A stretch of DNA of 64,000 nucleotides, from positions 37,262,001 to 37,326,000 of the forward strand of contig OZ024757.1 in assembly GCA_964016885.1 (NCBI GenBank), in the 5' to 3' direction. The translations under genes and the position numbers were made by a program. The notes under the pieces were generated by a model. It was given only the letters and a program-made list of their open reading frames with translations. It did no database searches and was not told where the DNA came from. The stretch comes from Eledone cirrhosa (lineage: Eukaryota). Positions 1 to 15,393 of the stretch are shown piece after piece. The first letter of the stretch is position 1. Each line of letters starts with the position of its first letter.

Positions 1-725
1 TCAATTTCTTAAGTTCCTGGATGTTTTTTTTTTCTGCCATGTTGGTTCCATAGTTGAATATTACAAGTGGACACTTATTGGAGCAGAGAATGTTAATTTA
101 AAACAATAAAGAAAAATTGCTGTCTGCATGTGTGAGTGAGTGTGTATGTATGAGTGAGTGAGTGTATTTATGTGCGTATTTTTGTTTGTATATATATATA
201 TATATATATGTGTGAGCAGGTGTGCATGCGCATATGTGTGTATATATGTTTGTACGTATGTATATATATATATATCTGTGTGTATATTTGTATGTGTTTG
301 TATGTATATATATCTGTGTGTATATATATATATATGTGTGCGTGTGAGTATATGTATATATATATATGTGTGTGTGTGTGTGTATATGTATATATATATA
401 TATATGCGTGTATATATATATATATACAATCATATATATATACATATACACATACACACACACACACACATATGTACATATATTGGGTGATTACTGATTA
501 ATCAACCTTCTAACTACCTGTAATGTAATTATGACTTGTGATATGAAAATGTGTGTTATAATTAAATGTACCTGATGAGCTACTTTTTGACAGAACGTAT
601 CATGACAAATTTAGACCAACTTTAGCTGTAGCTTTCTATGTCTTGCTGTCATTGAACCGTCTTATTCAACAACCCAAACCTCTCTACACAAAACATATCA
701 CAATAAATCCCTACATAAATCCCTG

Positions 726-789
<64 letters not shown>

Positions 790-860
790 TAAGTTTTTCT
801 GAAGAAACAGCAAAGGAAAAAAGAGTGCTCTATATATAAAACAGAGCTATTTAATAAGCC

Positions 861-928
861 CTCTATCTGATGAGCGAACTAGACGTATGTTAACATTGTC
901 TAGGGTCCTGAAACCTTTGGTAATGTAG
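861..928 (+). ncRNA. Hammerhead motif, family A
   Basis: CTCTAT-CTGATGA-long stem II-GAAAC-CTTTG-GTA-ATGTAG; homologues at 35839-35906 and about 37113-37168. Confidence 0.55.
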
Positions 929-1261
929 TAGTTATATTGTTGTTCACTCTCTAATTATATATATATATATATTCAATTTTAATGCTCTGCTACCTGAACT
1001 GTCCTGAACAAATATCGATGACCTAACCTTTAGTACGGTGGAAATTATTATGAATTGCTTCCCTTGATACTGCATTATATACTAAGGATGACTCTATTGG
1101 CGCCTTATGTCGCCTAGAGCATGCTAAAGGTTAATCATTTGTTTTAAACTCCTAATGAACCAAGGACTGTAATGTGTGTAGAGCTTCTCTCACCCTTACC
1201 TTAGATAATAGTGTAGTACTACACTGTAATCACATATTCTATATCTATCTATCTAAGGCGG

Positions 1262-1629
<368 letters not shown>

Positions 1630-2510
1630 GTATAGTTCTCTCTGTATATATAAACAAAAATTATATATATATTTAATATTTTATTTATTCTTTGAATTAT
1701 AGTTGTCCGGCTGCTTCCTCTTTGTACCTGAAGTCTCCAATGAGACCTGAGGTGTCCTCAGAAGCCGGGCAGCTGACTTCCAATTGGATTGATAGTAGCT
1801 TATCTGAGGAAGGGGCTCCATGAGGTCGGGGTGCCTGTTGCAGTGGGAGTCACTGGCCATTGGCTGCAGAACGCAGCCAAAACACCGCTCTAACCTAGGT
1901 GTAGAGAGAGTCAATCTCCACCCATCCCTCTTTCTTCCTTCCTTTGTCTAATAGTCTTTGTTCTTTCCCTCCTTTTCCTTTCATTTATGGCATTTATAGT
2001 TCTTCCCAATGTTGCTTTGTTTTTCTGTATATTTGACCATTAAGGGAAAAATAAATTGTTGCAAAATTATATATTTCCATTTAAATTCAATTTAAAAAAA
2101 AAAAAGTTAATTAATTTTTTACTAACATCATTGATTGTACTTTGTTTTCTGTATTGATTTTTTATATTTATTGATTGATTGTTCTGTTGTTTATTTGTTT
2201 TATTAGTGATAATAAATCAATATTGAAATGTATATGAAATATATTGAAATTTGTTAAAACAGCTTTGAGATTTTGTTTGTATATATATATATATAATATA
2301 TATATATATAATATGTATATATATATAACATATATATATATGTATATAATATGTATATATATAATATATATATAACATATGTATATAATAAATATATATA
2401 TATGTATATATATATAATATCTATATAACATATGTATATAATAAATATATATATGTATACATATAATATATATATAACATGTATATATTAAATATTTATA
2501 TATATATATG

Positions 2511-2542
<32 letters not shown>

Positions 2543-3052
2543 TTATTATATACATATATGTTATCTATATAATATATACATATATATGTTATATTTTTTA
2601 TCTTGTCAAGTAAGTTAAAATTTTGTAAAACACCACACACAAGTATACATGCACACACATGGTGTATTAAATTAAAGATTTATAAACACACTCTACTCAT
2701 ACACACACACAGATATATATACATATACACATATTTGTCAAGTAAGTTAAATTTAGTGGTTCAACTCGGCTCTATACGGTCAACTAATTCCCTTTCAAGA
2801 CGGTGTCCCAGCATCCTAGAATTGCTGCAATCTAATGACAGAAACCAATAAAAGAATACATACACACACATTCATACATATAAATATGTTCATGCACACA
2901 CACACACACACATTCATATATATGTATATATATATATGTATATATATATATGTATATATATATATTATATATATCGATATATAATTACATATATATAATT
3001 ATATATATATAATTTTATGTATGTATATACATATGTATATACGTATATTTAC

Positions 3053-3089
<37 letters not shown>

Positions 3090-3282
3090 CATGTAAATAT
3101 GTGTATATACATGTAAATATGATGATGATATATATACATATATATACATTCATGTAATTTTGGGTTAGCTGTAGTTCTGTGCTCTCTGTCTTTGTTCTTT
3201 CTCTCTCTCTCTATCTATCTACCTCTTATTCCCACCAAACTCTGCCCAACTGTTTAAATCACTGACTATTTGGGTCCTTCAG

Positions 3283-3333
3283 GTACAAAGAATTTCTTGT
3301 GGGATATGACCCTTAACCAACTGAAGTTGAAGG
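3283..3333 (+). CDS. 51-nt internal exon of unidentified gene (xTKNFLWDMTLNQLKLK)
   Basis: ctgac branch-like motif, ttcag acceptor, gtaagt donor; only the phase-1 frame is open. Confidence 0.65.
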
Positions 3334-4852
3334 GTAAGTCCCTCTCACCTCAGTGTTGTCATTCGAAACCCTTTGTTGCCAGGTTTCTTTAGTTGGAATG
3401 TTATTATTATTTTTTTTTTTTTCATTTGCTTTATAAACCATTACTCAACAATGTGTCTGTATTATTTTATACACCTCCTTCCCCCCCCCACTCACCCCTA
3501 TTTTTTTTTTTGTTAAGCTTCTTTTGTTATTTTTTGTGTTCCTTTAAAAAAAAAAAAAATTTTTTCTCACTCTCCATAGAATAGTTTCCACATACAAATT
3601 ACATGCACATGAACATTTTTTGCTATTTTGAGTTTTATTTTTTTTCTTCCCACTCTGTGCATGTATATTATTGCCTTTGTTGTTCTTGTTGTTCTTGTTG
3701 TTTGTTGTTGTCATCACATTGCCGGTTTTCATTAGAGTTTCAATGTATACTTTTTAAGTATTTTCTTTTAAATTAAAATTTTATTTGTAAAGAATCCACA
3801 AAGAGTACAATGCTATATATTTATAGTTATATATAGTTGTAGTTATATATAGTTGTAGTTATATATAGTTCTAGTTATATATAGTTCTAGTTATATATAG
3901 TTGTAGTTATATATAGCTGTAATTATATATAGCTGTAGTTATATATAGTTCTAGTTATATATATTTATAGTTATATATAGTTGTTATATACAGCTGTAGT
4001 TATATACAGTCAGGAGATGTGAGTTGAGCTTGACAATTTTTCAAATTGTTGATTTTAAACTGTGGTGAAGTTATTTTGCTGTTGTTGCCTCTGGACATAT
4101 CATGAGATTTCTGTTTACTTCATAGAAAGTAGGTTCCACTCTTAATCCAGTTAACCTTTTCTTCAACATATTTCTTATGAAAAACATTACTGTCCTCTAT
4201 TTCAAATTCTTTTGAAAATAACCAATAATTTAGAGGAATTTAGTAACATAACAAACTTGTTCATTATTAAATTGGTGTTTGGAACATAACTTAACAAAGG
4301 TTTCTACATAGAATTTTGATGGAAGGTTATTTAATTGTTTCATTACTACATTTTTAATGGAAGACACTCTCCTCTATGATTTTCAAATCCTTTGAAAATA
4401 ATCAACAATTTGGAAGAGTTTAGTAATATAATAAAGTTGCTCATTGTCACTCTGGTATTTGGAGCAAAACCTAAGAAAGTTTCTTATGAAGAAAGGTTTG
4501 TTTTTTTAGATGAATATAAATGTTTCAAAATAAACAGCTTTATCTTGTGGTGGTTTCAGGTCTTTTAGTAACACAGAATATTTATATTTAATATTTTAGT
4601 CAAAGACTTTTCTTTTAAATTTGACCACATTTATCATGTATGTTAACAAACTCTAGATATATATATCAAATAAAAAGATTGTTTTAAAAACTCACAATAA
4701 TCCCCTAAGATCAATTAAGCACAATTTATTCTTTTAATTAATTTGTATATAGTGTTCCATCTGTAGTTAATGTTCTTTAGCAGTGTAGTATTTTATCCCC
4801 TATTATCTGGCATATTTTATTATGTGTCTTTCTCTCATTACTATGATATATG

Positions 4853-4913
<61 letters not shown>

Positions 4914-6935
4914 CATAGTCGGAGTGTGTATAGTATTTTCTTTAGTTACATTACTATAACGAGGCTAAGAATGTTTGTGTAGTTACTCTAAGATTACAAG
5001 TAACTATGGAGTTATGATAGCCATACAGTCCAATAGAGTTATTACCCTACAATTTACTCTTCTAATACTTTCTGCCACACTGAAATGCGGCCATAGTTGG
5101 CCACCACCGGTCATTTTTATCTATTTTCATCCAATGTCTAGCTGCACAATTTTTAAATCTCTCCGTTTGTATTTTGTTGTTGTTGTTGTTGTTGCATGTT
5201 TCCTATTAAATCTCCAGTGTCAGGGCTCAGTGGTCTCCAACCTGGGTCCATACAAACCCTAAAGATTCATGAAAATATTTTGGGGGTTCTTGACAAAATA
5301 CAAAGAGGGGTGTGTGTGACTTTGTTCAGAGTTTGTCGGTAATGTTTCACAGTTCTAAAGCTGCTTTAATATGTTATTCTTGTACAAAATATTATCGCTT
5401 CTTTAGCTGGCAAGTACAAGGATTCCAGTATTTGATCTGGCTTTCTGTACTGTGGGTTCAAATCAAACCAAGGTCAACTTTGCCTTTTATCCTTTAGAGG
5501 TCGATAAGAAAATAAAAAAGTGTGTCCGGCCAGTACTGGGGTTGATTCTTCCTCTATATCTCTTTCTCTCTTTTTTTGTCTCTCTTTCACATTCTCTCTC
5601 CTTTTGTTGAAGAAATTGGCTGTGTTCAGTCCTGGAGAAGGGTTGAACTTCACCTGGTTTAATGTGCCCACTACAAGCCATATGTCTCGAGGGTGCCCCT
5701 ACAGCTCCATCAGGGGTTATAAGTCTACACATAAACTGTTTCTTCATAAAGGAAAATAAAAAGAATATCTAAATAAATATACATTCTTTCTATTATCAAG
5801 TTTACTCAGCTGTAGAAATGAGTTACAACATATGTAATGTATATAGTATATATGTTGTGACAGCACTGTTGCCAAGCTGTATCAGCCATTGTCTTTCCCT
5901 TGGACAACATATGTAGTGTATATATAGTGTATGGAGTGTATATAGTATATGTGTTGTGATAGCACTGGGGCGAAGCTGTATCAGCCATTGCCTTTCCCTT
6001 GGACAACATATATAGTGTATGGAGTGTATATAGTATATATATATATGTGTGTGTTGAGACAGCACTGGGGCGAAGCTGTATGCCTTGGACAACATTGGTG
6101 GTGTGGATGTTTATGCAGCTGTGGCAAACTGCATATATTCTAAGCCATTAGAAAAAGCAAAATGAATGTTTCAGTTTCAAAAGAGGGTTGGTTCAAGAAA
6201 TTTAAACCAGCCATATCCGGCCAGAATTCTATTCATTCACCTCTTTCTGTCCAAACCTGCTGTAACTAACCACTCATACTGATGTTAAGGTATTGTTCTC
6301 AAAATAAATACTATCAAAATTTTATAGATTCAATATTATGTGAGATAATTATTTTCCACGAAAATACAATAATATCTATATAGTAATGTAAATGGTAAAG
6401 GGTTAAGGGTTCTTTATAAGTCCCTCAGTAATATTTGGAGTTTGTATCATATAAAAAGATTGGGGACCACTGCCATATATTATATTTATCCATTTCGCCC
6501 TAATGTATTGCCCATGCCTTGATAATATACCTTTTAAAAAAAAAAGAAGGATTATAAAATGATTTTTGTTTTGTTTTTATAACAATCCCTTTTATTTCCC
6601 TAGTTTTTGTTGGAGTTTTGTTTTCTTACCAGAAATGTATGTTGTTTTTGATTGTATATCTCCCATTGTGTTATTGTTATATCCTCTAAATGACCATGTT
6701 GTGTCCATGCTGTGACTACTATTTGCATCAGGCTACATTTGATCCTTCATCTTCAATCTGGTGATAGGATCACTTTCTCCAGCTCTCCTCTTTCCCTCCC
6801 TCCTAAACCCCCACCACAAAGTAATTTGTTGTATATTTTTATGATTATATATATATATACCCATATGTGATTAAATTTTATATATATATATATATATAAT
6901 ATATAATATATATATATATAATATAATATATATAT

Positions 6936-6967
<32 letters not shown>

Positions 6968-7489
6968 ATATATAATATATATATAATATATATATATATG
7001 TATATTGTTTTATCACATATGGGGTACTATCAACAAACACCACATTACAGCAAGCAAGCAGGTTGGCTTAGAGAGGGATGGGGGCGGGGGCTTGTTCAGC
7101 TTTAAACTATACCACTTTTAATGTTCAATATAAAAAGTGACTGTGTATGTAATATATGTATGTATGTATTCCAGAAGATTGACATTGTTAGTGAAAAAGA
7201 TTGAGCAAAGGGGCTAGAGCAAGCCTTTAAAACAAGCAGCTTTGTATTTTGTGTCATGGAACCAGGGGCGTTTTCAAGTGGTTTTCTATCAAATTGGCTA
7301 AACCACATCACACTGTCTTCAAAATAAGAGTAGACACATTGAATGGTATGACCTTAGATAGACTATGCCTGAAGAAAAAGCAGGATAATCAGTCAGGAGG
7401 ATTTGCGATATTATTTCAGATGTTTCCTATCCTACATTATCTGAAATCTTGATGACTGCTCTTTATAAAAACTCATCTTTCTAAAGGCT

Positions 7490-8135
7490 AGTTGATCTTG
7501 TTAAAAGACTGGTTTATCTTGCTAATGACTGATCTTGCTTAATGATTGTCTGATCTTGGTAAAGATTAGTTGATCTTGGTAAAGATTAGTTGATCTTGGT
7601 AAAGATTAGTTGATCTTGCTAAAAGACTGGTTGAGCTTACTAAAAGACTGGCTGAGCTTGGTAAAGACTTGATCTTGCTTAATGACTGGTTTATCTTGCT
7701 TAATGACTAGCTGATCTTGCTTAAAGTTTGGTTGATCTATCTAAAAGACTTCTTGATCTTGCTAAAGACTGGTTGATCTTGCTTAAAGATGTGTTGATCT
7801 TGTTAAAGACTGGTTGATCTTGCTTAAAGACTGTTTGATCTTGCTTAAAGACTGGTTGATCTTGCTAAAGACTGGTTGATCTTGCTTAAAGACTGGTTGA
7901 TCTTGCTTAAAGACTGGTTGATCTTGCTTAAAGACTGGTTGATCTTGCTTAAAGACTGGTTGATCTTGCTTAAAGACTGGTTGATCTTGCTTAAAGACTG
8001 GTTGATCTTGCTTAAAGATTGGTTGATCTTGTTAAATCACTTGTTCTTGCTAAAGACATGTTGATCTTGCTAAAGACATGTTGATCTTGCTAAAGACTTG
8101 TTGATTTTGCTAAAAGACTGGTTGATTTTGCTAAA
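7490..8135. repeat. 20-21-bp minisatellite (GACTGGTTGATCTTGCTTAAA)
   Basis: Direct tandem copies; source of the spurious LKDWLIL ORF. Confidence 0.95.
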
Positions 8136-9069
8136 AATCATCTGAGTACTCTCTACTGCCACCTGATGATATTTGCTAGGAATTATCTTTATATTTCATG
8201 TCTGTATCACTGAAATTGTCTCTTGTTTCTGTTATTTTTGTTGTATTTTTTTGTTTTTGGCACACACAGTTTATAGTGCTCCCTGCTTGTCAAGATCACA
8301 TCGATCTGATCACATACAACTCACTTGTTTCCTTTCCATTCACTGGAATACTTATGTCTTCATTATAAATTCATTTCTAACCCAGGAAACATGATACATC
8401 TCCAATGTTCATGTTTTGTAATATTTCTGTACAATAAATGTTTTTATATGTTATTTATTTTCTTCAATGGATTCAATGTCTGTCTTATTTTATTTTTTCT
8501 AGGAGATTGTTTAGATGAAGAATTTAATATGGCCCTAAATTATTCATTAATTCTAGGAATAATTTCTTCATGATTTGTTTTATATTCATTTTCAGGCTTA
8601 AAACTGAAATGCCCCCCCCTGCTAGATATTTCTCATTATCAGTCTGGGTTTATAATTAATAGCTTATCTAATAATTTAAAGTTAAAACATTACAGTATCT
8701 GTAGCTCCATCAAACCCACGCTAGCCAGATATCTGTGCACACACATAAATATAATACACTTGGATATCTTGCACTCTCACACACACAGACACACAGAGAT
8801 ATACTTATACAGTCATGGGAACCTTTTGATACCAACTGGTGCAAACATGTACATCTGTGTATATAGATGGATAATTAGATGTACAGGTGTGTATGCATAG
8901 TTTATGTAGCCATCTTAGAGTGCGTATATATATATATATACGCACATACATATATATATATATGTTCATGTGTGTATGTGTATATATATATGTACACCCA
9001 CACACACAGGTATCGAGAGTATATATATATATATATCTGTGTGTGTGTGTGTGTATGTATATATATGTG

Positions 9070-9100
<31 letters not shown>

Positions 9101-9819
9101 TTCTTGGTGAGGAGGGTGACTTTGGACATCCTGCAGGACTAAAAACAAAACCTGTCAAAGGGCAAAGGAGCTCTTAAGAGTCAATGGCCAACCAAAATCA
9201 CCGGGAGAGATGACCCCTTAGCCTTTGTCAAGGCAGAATTCTAGGAGAAGGAAAACTCTGATATAACACCTGCAACCCTGATGGTATCCAATGATGTTGA
9301 CTTGTTCTTCTTTTTGGTAAATATCATCTTGGTTAAGAGAGTGGGACTGGCTTTGTGCAGTGCCTTTGCTCACTATAAAAGCTTCACGGCACAGGCATTG
9401 CTTTATATCTGGAGATCTCTCTGCACTTGTCGTCACATGGTACCATGGGCCCAGCACTATGTGTCAATAATTGTCACAAGTGTAGTGTTTGTACCAGAGT
9501 TTTCAAGTCGCTGGCTGGACTAAAAAGTCACACTTGTTCAGCGCATCGGTAGGGGTTCTCCTACATGGATATAAAGTAGTGGCCGTACTCGAAAACGAGT
9601 TGGCAGCCACCATATATGTGTATATGTATGTAAACATATATATAAACATGTCCAAACCCATGCAAGCGTGGAAGATGGACGTTAAACGATGATGATGATG
9701 ATATATATGCTCACATGCATTCCTTAGACTATATTGATCTTAACTTAATATAATTATAAATGGCAGTATGTGTATCTGAGTGTATATGTGTGTGTGTACA
9801 TGCATACATGTATATGTAT

Positions 9820-9864
<45 letters not shown>

Positions 9865-10853
9865 TATATCTATCTATACTCTCTTTACCTCTGTGTGTAT
9901 ACTACTTGGACAGCCGGCTTCCTCATGATTTCTCCTGAATGAAACAGTTCTAGTCCTGTAGAAGCCTTTCTATATTAAATATTTATACTCAGCTTTGTAT
10001 TGAGTACCTTACTTGCTGTGGTTGCCCCCGATTGAATCTGGGATTAACTTATATATATATATTTATATATTTATACACGTACACACATCTCTCTCACAAC
10101 ACTACATATACAGATATATATATATAGAGAGAGACATAAGTATATACACATGCATTCCTTAGACTATTGATCTTCAGTTAATAAAATATCTAAATGGCAG
10201 TGAGCCAGTCTTTTACCCCAATAATACCATCTTAATAGTATCCTAGACTTACCCTCATCAGCTGCCAAATCAACTAATCACTATTAATTAGACCAATTCT
10301 TTCTTTTCCCTTTTTTTCCGTGAAATAAATAACTTGAAATTAAATTACGGCTGCTGAGATGAAAAATATCCTTTCTTTTTCTATACCCAGTTTTTTTCCT
10401 GTCTCTCCTCTCGCACACCTCCGTCTCTTTTTTTTTTTATTTTTCCCTTCTCTCTCTCTCTCTCCCTCCTTTCCTTTTTATCGTGATTGCCATTACCATT
10501 TTTCCTCTCTCTTTCCTCTCACACCCCCTTCATCTCTGCTCCCCCCCCCCCCCCTTATCTCCCTTTTTCTCCTCTCACTCCCTCCATCTTTTTTTACTCT
10601 CTCGTATCCCTTCATCTTTTTTTTTTCCTCTCTCACACACCTTCATCTCTCTTTTTCCTCCCTCACATCCCTTCATCTCTCTTTTTCCTCTCTCGCATCC
10701 TTTCATCTCTTTTTTTCTCCTCTCTCTTCTCTCACACGCCACCACCTCGCTCTCCTCTCACACGCCCCTTCATCTCTCTTCTCTCTCTTCTCTCCTCTCT
10801 ATGTTGATTACCATTCCATGTTTTCTCACTGATTTGTTAATTACACATTTTAG

Positions 10854-10901
10854 GTAATAAAACTAGATCAGTTTTGTATGAGTCCTCATCACCTAAATTT
10901 G
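10854..10901 (+). CDS. 48-nt internal exon of unidentified gene (GNKTRSVLYESSSPKF)
   Basis: ttttag acceptor, gtaagt donor, symmetric phase 1, open frame. Confidence 0.6.
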
Positions 10902-11169
10902 GTAAGTACTTCTGTGACAGAGTTTAAAATATGACAGTAGTGACACCTTTTCTATTCTTATCATTATTAATATTTTATCTAACCCGTATTATGATAGCAG
11001 TTATTTTATATATATATATATATGTATATATGTTTATATTTATATATGTATGTGTATATATATATATATGTATGTATGTGTATATATATATATATATGTA
11101 TGTATGTATGTACATATATATGTATGTATGTATGTACGTATATATGTATGTATATATGTATGTACACAT

Positions 11170-11580
11170 ATATATATATTTATATATGTGTATGTAGATA
11201 TATATATTTATATATGTGTATGTAGATATATATATTTATATATGTGTATGTAGATATATATATTTATATATGTGTATGTAGATATATATATTTATATATG
11301 TGTATGTAGATATATATATTTATATATGTGTATGTAGATATATATATTTATATATGTGTATGTAGATATATATATTTATATATGTGTATGTAGATATATA
11401 TATTTATATATGTGTATGTAGATATATATATTTATATATGTGTATGTAGATATATATATTTATATATGTGTATGTAGATATATATATTTATATATGTGTA
11501 TGTAGATATATATATTCATATATATGTATGTAGATATATATACTTATATATATTTATATATGTGTATGTAGATATATATA
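11170..11580. repeat. 28-bp AT-rich minisatellite
   Basis: Repeated TATATGTGTATGTAGATATATATATTTA. Confidence 0.9.
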
Positions 11581-12559
11581 TATATTCATATATATGTACA
11601 CGTATGTAGATATATATACTTATATATATTTATGTGTGTATGTATGTGTATACATAAATATATATAAGTGTGTGTATACATAAATATTTTAGAAAACTAG
11701 TTTTGGTTCCCTGTTCTCCTTTTGTAACACTTCTCTACTCTATCTACCTTTAAGATAGCTTTTCTTTCTTTTAATTATTATTTTAGATCCCCCACCCCCT
11801 TGACTCACATTTTTAAAAATAAATATTTTTGGTTCTCTGTCCTTGCTCCTTTCGGTAGATTGGCAGTATCGGTAGAGGGTCAGACGCCATGCTTTGACGC
11901 ATAGAGTTACGGCCCTTACCATTCTGAGTTCAAATCCCGCCGAGGTTAACTTTGTTTTTCATCCTTATGGGGTCGATAAAATAAAGTACCAGTAATACAC
12001 TGGGTAATTGCTGGCCTTGTGCCAAAAATAGAAACAATTATTAACTAATTCTGTGTGTATATATATATATATATATATAAATATATATATATGTATATAG
12101 ATGTATATATATATATATATAATGTATATACATATATATATTTCGTTTTTGTATTTCTCGGCAGCATGACCCTCTCAGAGTATCTATATATTTTATATAT
12201 ATATATATATATAATATATATATATATGTGTGTATATATATATATATAAGTATGTATACGTACATACATATATGTATACAGACGTACAGTAGTATGTATA
12301 CGTACATACATATATGTATACAGGCGTACAGTAGTATGTATATATATATACATACATGCACACATATGTACATGTATATATGTGTGCATGTATGTATATA
12401 TATATATACATACTACTGTACGTCTGTATACATATATGTATGTACATATACATACTACTGTACGTCTGTATACATATATGTATGTACGTATACATACTTA
12501 TATTTAAGTAACAGCCGTACTAAGAGTGGGAAATGAAATTTCGTTTCATTTTTTCCGTT

Positions 12560-12622
<63 letters not shown>

Positions 12623-12740
12623 CTTCTGATATGTATTGTTGAGTACTTTGCACTGTTAGTCATAACAACCAGAAAGGTCCAGTTACTTCATATGATGCTT
12701 GTGTATATGTGTATATATGTGTGTATGTGTATATATCTCT

Positions 12741-12771
<31 letters not shown>

Positions 12772-14561
12772 GATAGATATAGTCACACACACACATATAT
12801 ATACATACAAACATATAAACACCTTTATGTCTGTATATATACACACACAAAGACACAGATGTTTTGTTAAAAGCATGCTAAAATCTATTGTTTTATATGA
12901 GTGAAGTTTTCCTGGATTCATTATTATTGTTGTTGCTGTTTTGTTGCTTTTCTTCTTAAAAGATGATTTTTCATTGCAGTTTCCAAATTAACATTATTTA
13001 GATTTGCTATTATTTACAGCTACAATCCTAACTGATTTGCTTATGTGTTTTTAACTTTTATTTTTCTCTATACTTATTTAATGATATAAGCTTTTATGTT
13101 AACCCTTTTGATACCAACCCATGTGGAACAGACCCAGGTCTTATGACATAGAACTGGCCATTTAAAATCTTTTCATAATTTTTCCTAAATGCCTTTCAAG
13201 TAATTTTGTAAAAACCAACTTAACCTCCTTAGCATTTACATTACTCTATATTTACTATTATATTTTCGCGGTAAAAGCGTTACCTCACATAATTATCTCA
13301 CATAATATTGAATCTATGAGATTTTGATATTATTTATTTTGAGAATAATACCTTAACATCAGTGCGAGTGGCCAGTTATGGCTGGTTTGAACAGAAAGAG
13401 GTGAGAGAATTCTGACCAGATATGGCCGGTTTAAATGCTAAAGGGTTAATAATGGAAAAGTTAAGCTGTGTTAACTAAATTCCTCCAAATTTTATATTAT
13501 TTCAAAATTAAATGTAACACATTGGGTTTGTATTAATTTCACTGGATATATGGTAACAAAAGGGTTAAACATATTTGTATTAATATAAACAGTGGTGTGC
13601 TCCTGCACAGAGATGATATACAGTAGCTTATTAAATAGGGTGAAGACTCTTGAAGAGGGGAAAAAAAGTTGCCATCGGCTGTTACGAGGTACCCTGTATC
13701 TCATATAGCAACTGCTGGTAACTTCCTTGTCCATCTTTAAGGGTCTTCACCCTATTTTCTAAGCTATTTTATGGCATCTCTGTGTCTGAGCACAGAACTC
13801 TTTATATCAACTTTATCCCCTCAGCGCTTCGTAAAAGTTCGAGAGACATGTTTGTATTATTTGTATTATTTTCAGCTTTATTATGTGTCAGATTCTATAT
13901 TCAATTGGCAGTTGTTTTTATTTTTTATTTATATTATATATATATATTTATATTATATACATATATATATATGTGTATAGAATATATATATATATTTGTA
14001 TATATATATATATATTCTACACACATATAGATATGCATATAGATCTAACACTTGGTCCTTTTTTATCATTAGTATATATATATATATATATATATATATA
14101 ATGTATATAGTTTTATTTTTTATATAACATTTACCCATAAAATCCATTTGGACTAAGCTGTAGTCCCTAACTAAATGTAACCCCTCCTCGAGCAGATTTC
14201 TTTTTTCTTATATATTTTAAAGTTTTTTTTATTATTTTTACCGTGTATGATTCCTGTTCCATGTGTGTTTGTGACCCCTTGTTCCTTCCAGATTTCACTT
14301 TGCATGTTGTTGTGTGATGAATTGAGTTTTTGCTCTTGATATGTCTCTATGCTGCCCCCTTCCCTCTTGTGTTGTGCTGAACTGTACAGCATCCCTCATC
14401 CTCTTCTACCTCTGGAGCCTATCCATTGCTTAGTGGTATGGTTGGTATCAGCAGGGCTGATACTCAGGAAGGGCTGAGCTGGCTTGAACCAGAGAGTTCA
14501 CAGCATTACCAACACAGGCTAATCATATACAGTGATCACAGACATCCAATGCAGATATCAT

Positions 14562-14890
14562 CAGCCAGTCACAATTCCAACAGCAGACTTTGTCACCCAG
14601 TCACTTTCTATAGCAGATTTAGTCAGCCAGTCACAATTCCAACAGCAGACTTTGTCACCCAGTCACTTTCTATAGCAGATTTAGTCAGCCAGTCACAATT
14701 CCAACAGCAGACTTTGTCACCCAGTCACTTTCTATAGCAGATTTAGTCAGCCAGTCACAATTCCAACAGCAGACTTTGTCACCCAGTCACTTTCTATAGC
14801 AGATTTAGTCAGCCAGTCATAATTCCAACGGCAGACTGTCACCCAGTCACTTTTTATAGCAGATTTTGTCAGCTAGTCATAATTCCAATT
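14562..14890. repeat. 62-bp minisatellite (dimer of subunits of about 31 bp)
   Basis: CAGCCAGTCAC recurs at 14562, 14624 and 14686. Confidence 0.92.
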
Positions 14891-15372
14891 GCAACCATAA
14901 TATATGTGAAGGTGCTTAGTGGTTAGAGCATTGCAATTGGGAGGTTGTGAGTTTAATTCTAATACTTGGTGATATGTTGTGTTCTTGAGCAAGACCTTTT
15001 ATTTCATCTTGTTCCAGTTCACTCGGCTGTAAAAATGAGTTGCGACGTCACTGGTACCAAGCTGTATCGGCCATTGCCTTTCTCTTTGATAACATTGGTG
15101 ACTTGGAGAGGGGAGACTGGTATGCATGGGGGACTGCTGCTCTTCCACAAACAATCTTGCCCAGATTTGTGCCTTGGAGGGGAACTTGCTAGGTGAAAAT
15201 CTTATGGTCATTCGTGACTGAAGTGGGTCTTTACTCTATATGTAAGGACCAGATATTAGTTCAAAATTTGATTTCAGCATGTTAGGCAGGCTCCTGTTAT
15301 CATTCTTTTTAGGATTTCTTCAGCCATCCCAAATAATTCCCAGTCATGTAGATCAATGTGTTTGAACACTAG

Positions 15373-15393
15373 GAACAGAGTTTTATAACACTG
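15373..15393 (+). CDS. Possible 21-nt microexon (GTEFYNT)
   Basis: tag/gtgagc sites, phase 1-1, but weak polypyrimidine tract. Confidence 0.3.

Noticed and set aside
61-501. Many long YI/HT/VC-repeat ORFs here and throughout (e.g. 24893-26047, 63510-63995)
   Set aside because: Translations of (TA)n/(CA)n/(TAGA)n microsatellites, not genes
5228-6472. hAT-like termini CAGTGGTCTCCAA...TTGGGGACCACTG as one element
   Set aside because: No matching 8-bp target duplication, and the interior is a patchwork of other repeats
6604-6636. 33-nt candidate exon
   Set aside because: T-rich and intron-like composition with no independent support
7490-8135. Regular short repeats resembling a CRISPR array or repeat protein
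   Set aside because: Head-to-tail minisatellite with no unique spacers, eukaryotic context, no cas genes
9218-9523. Overlapping ORFs with similarity to 47900-48040
   Set aside because: Dispersed decayed repeat (possibly mariner-like); no convincing protein motif or splice sites
14390-14435. AG/GT-bounded 46-nt candidate exon
   Set aside because: Not a multiple of three and has a stop in the phase-1 frame; at most a poison exon
14905-14965. tRNA-like A/B boxes here and in other SINE heads
   Set aside because: No complete cloverleaf; they continue into SINE bodies
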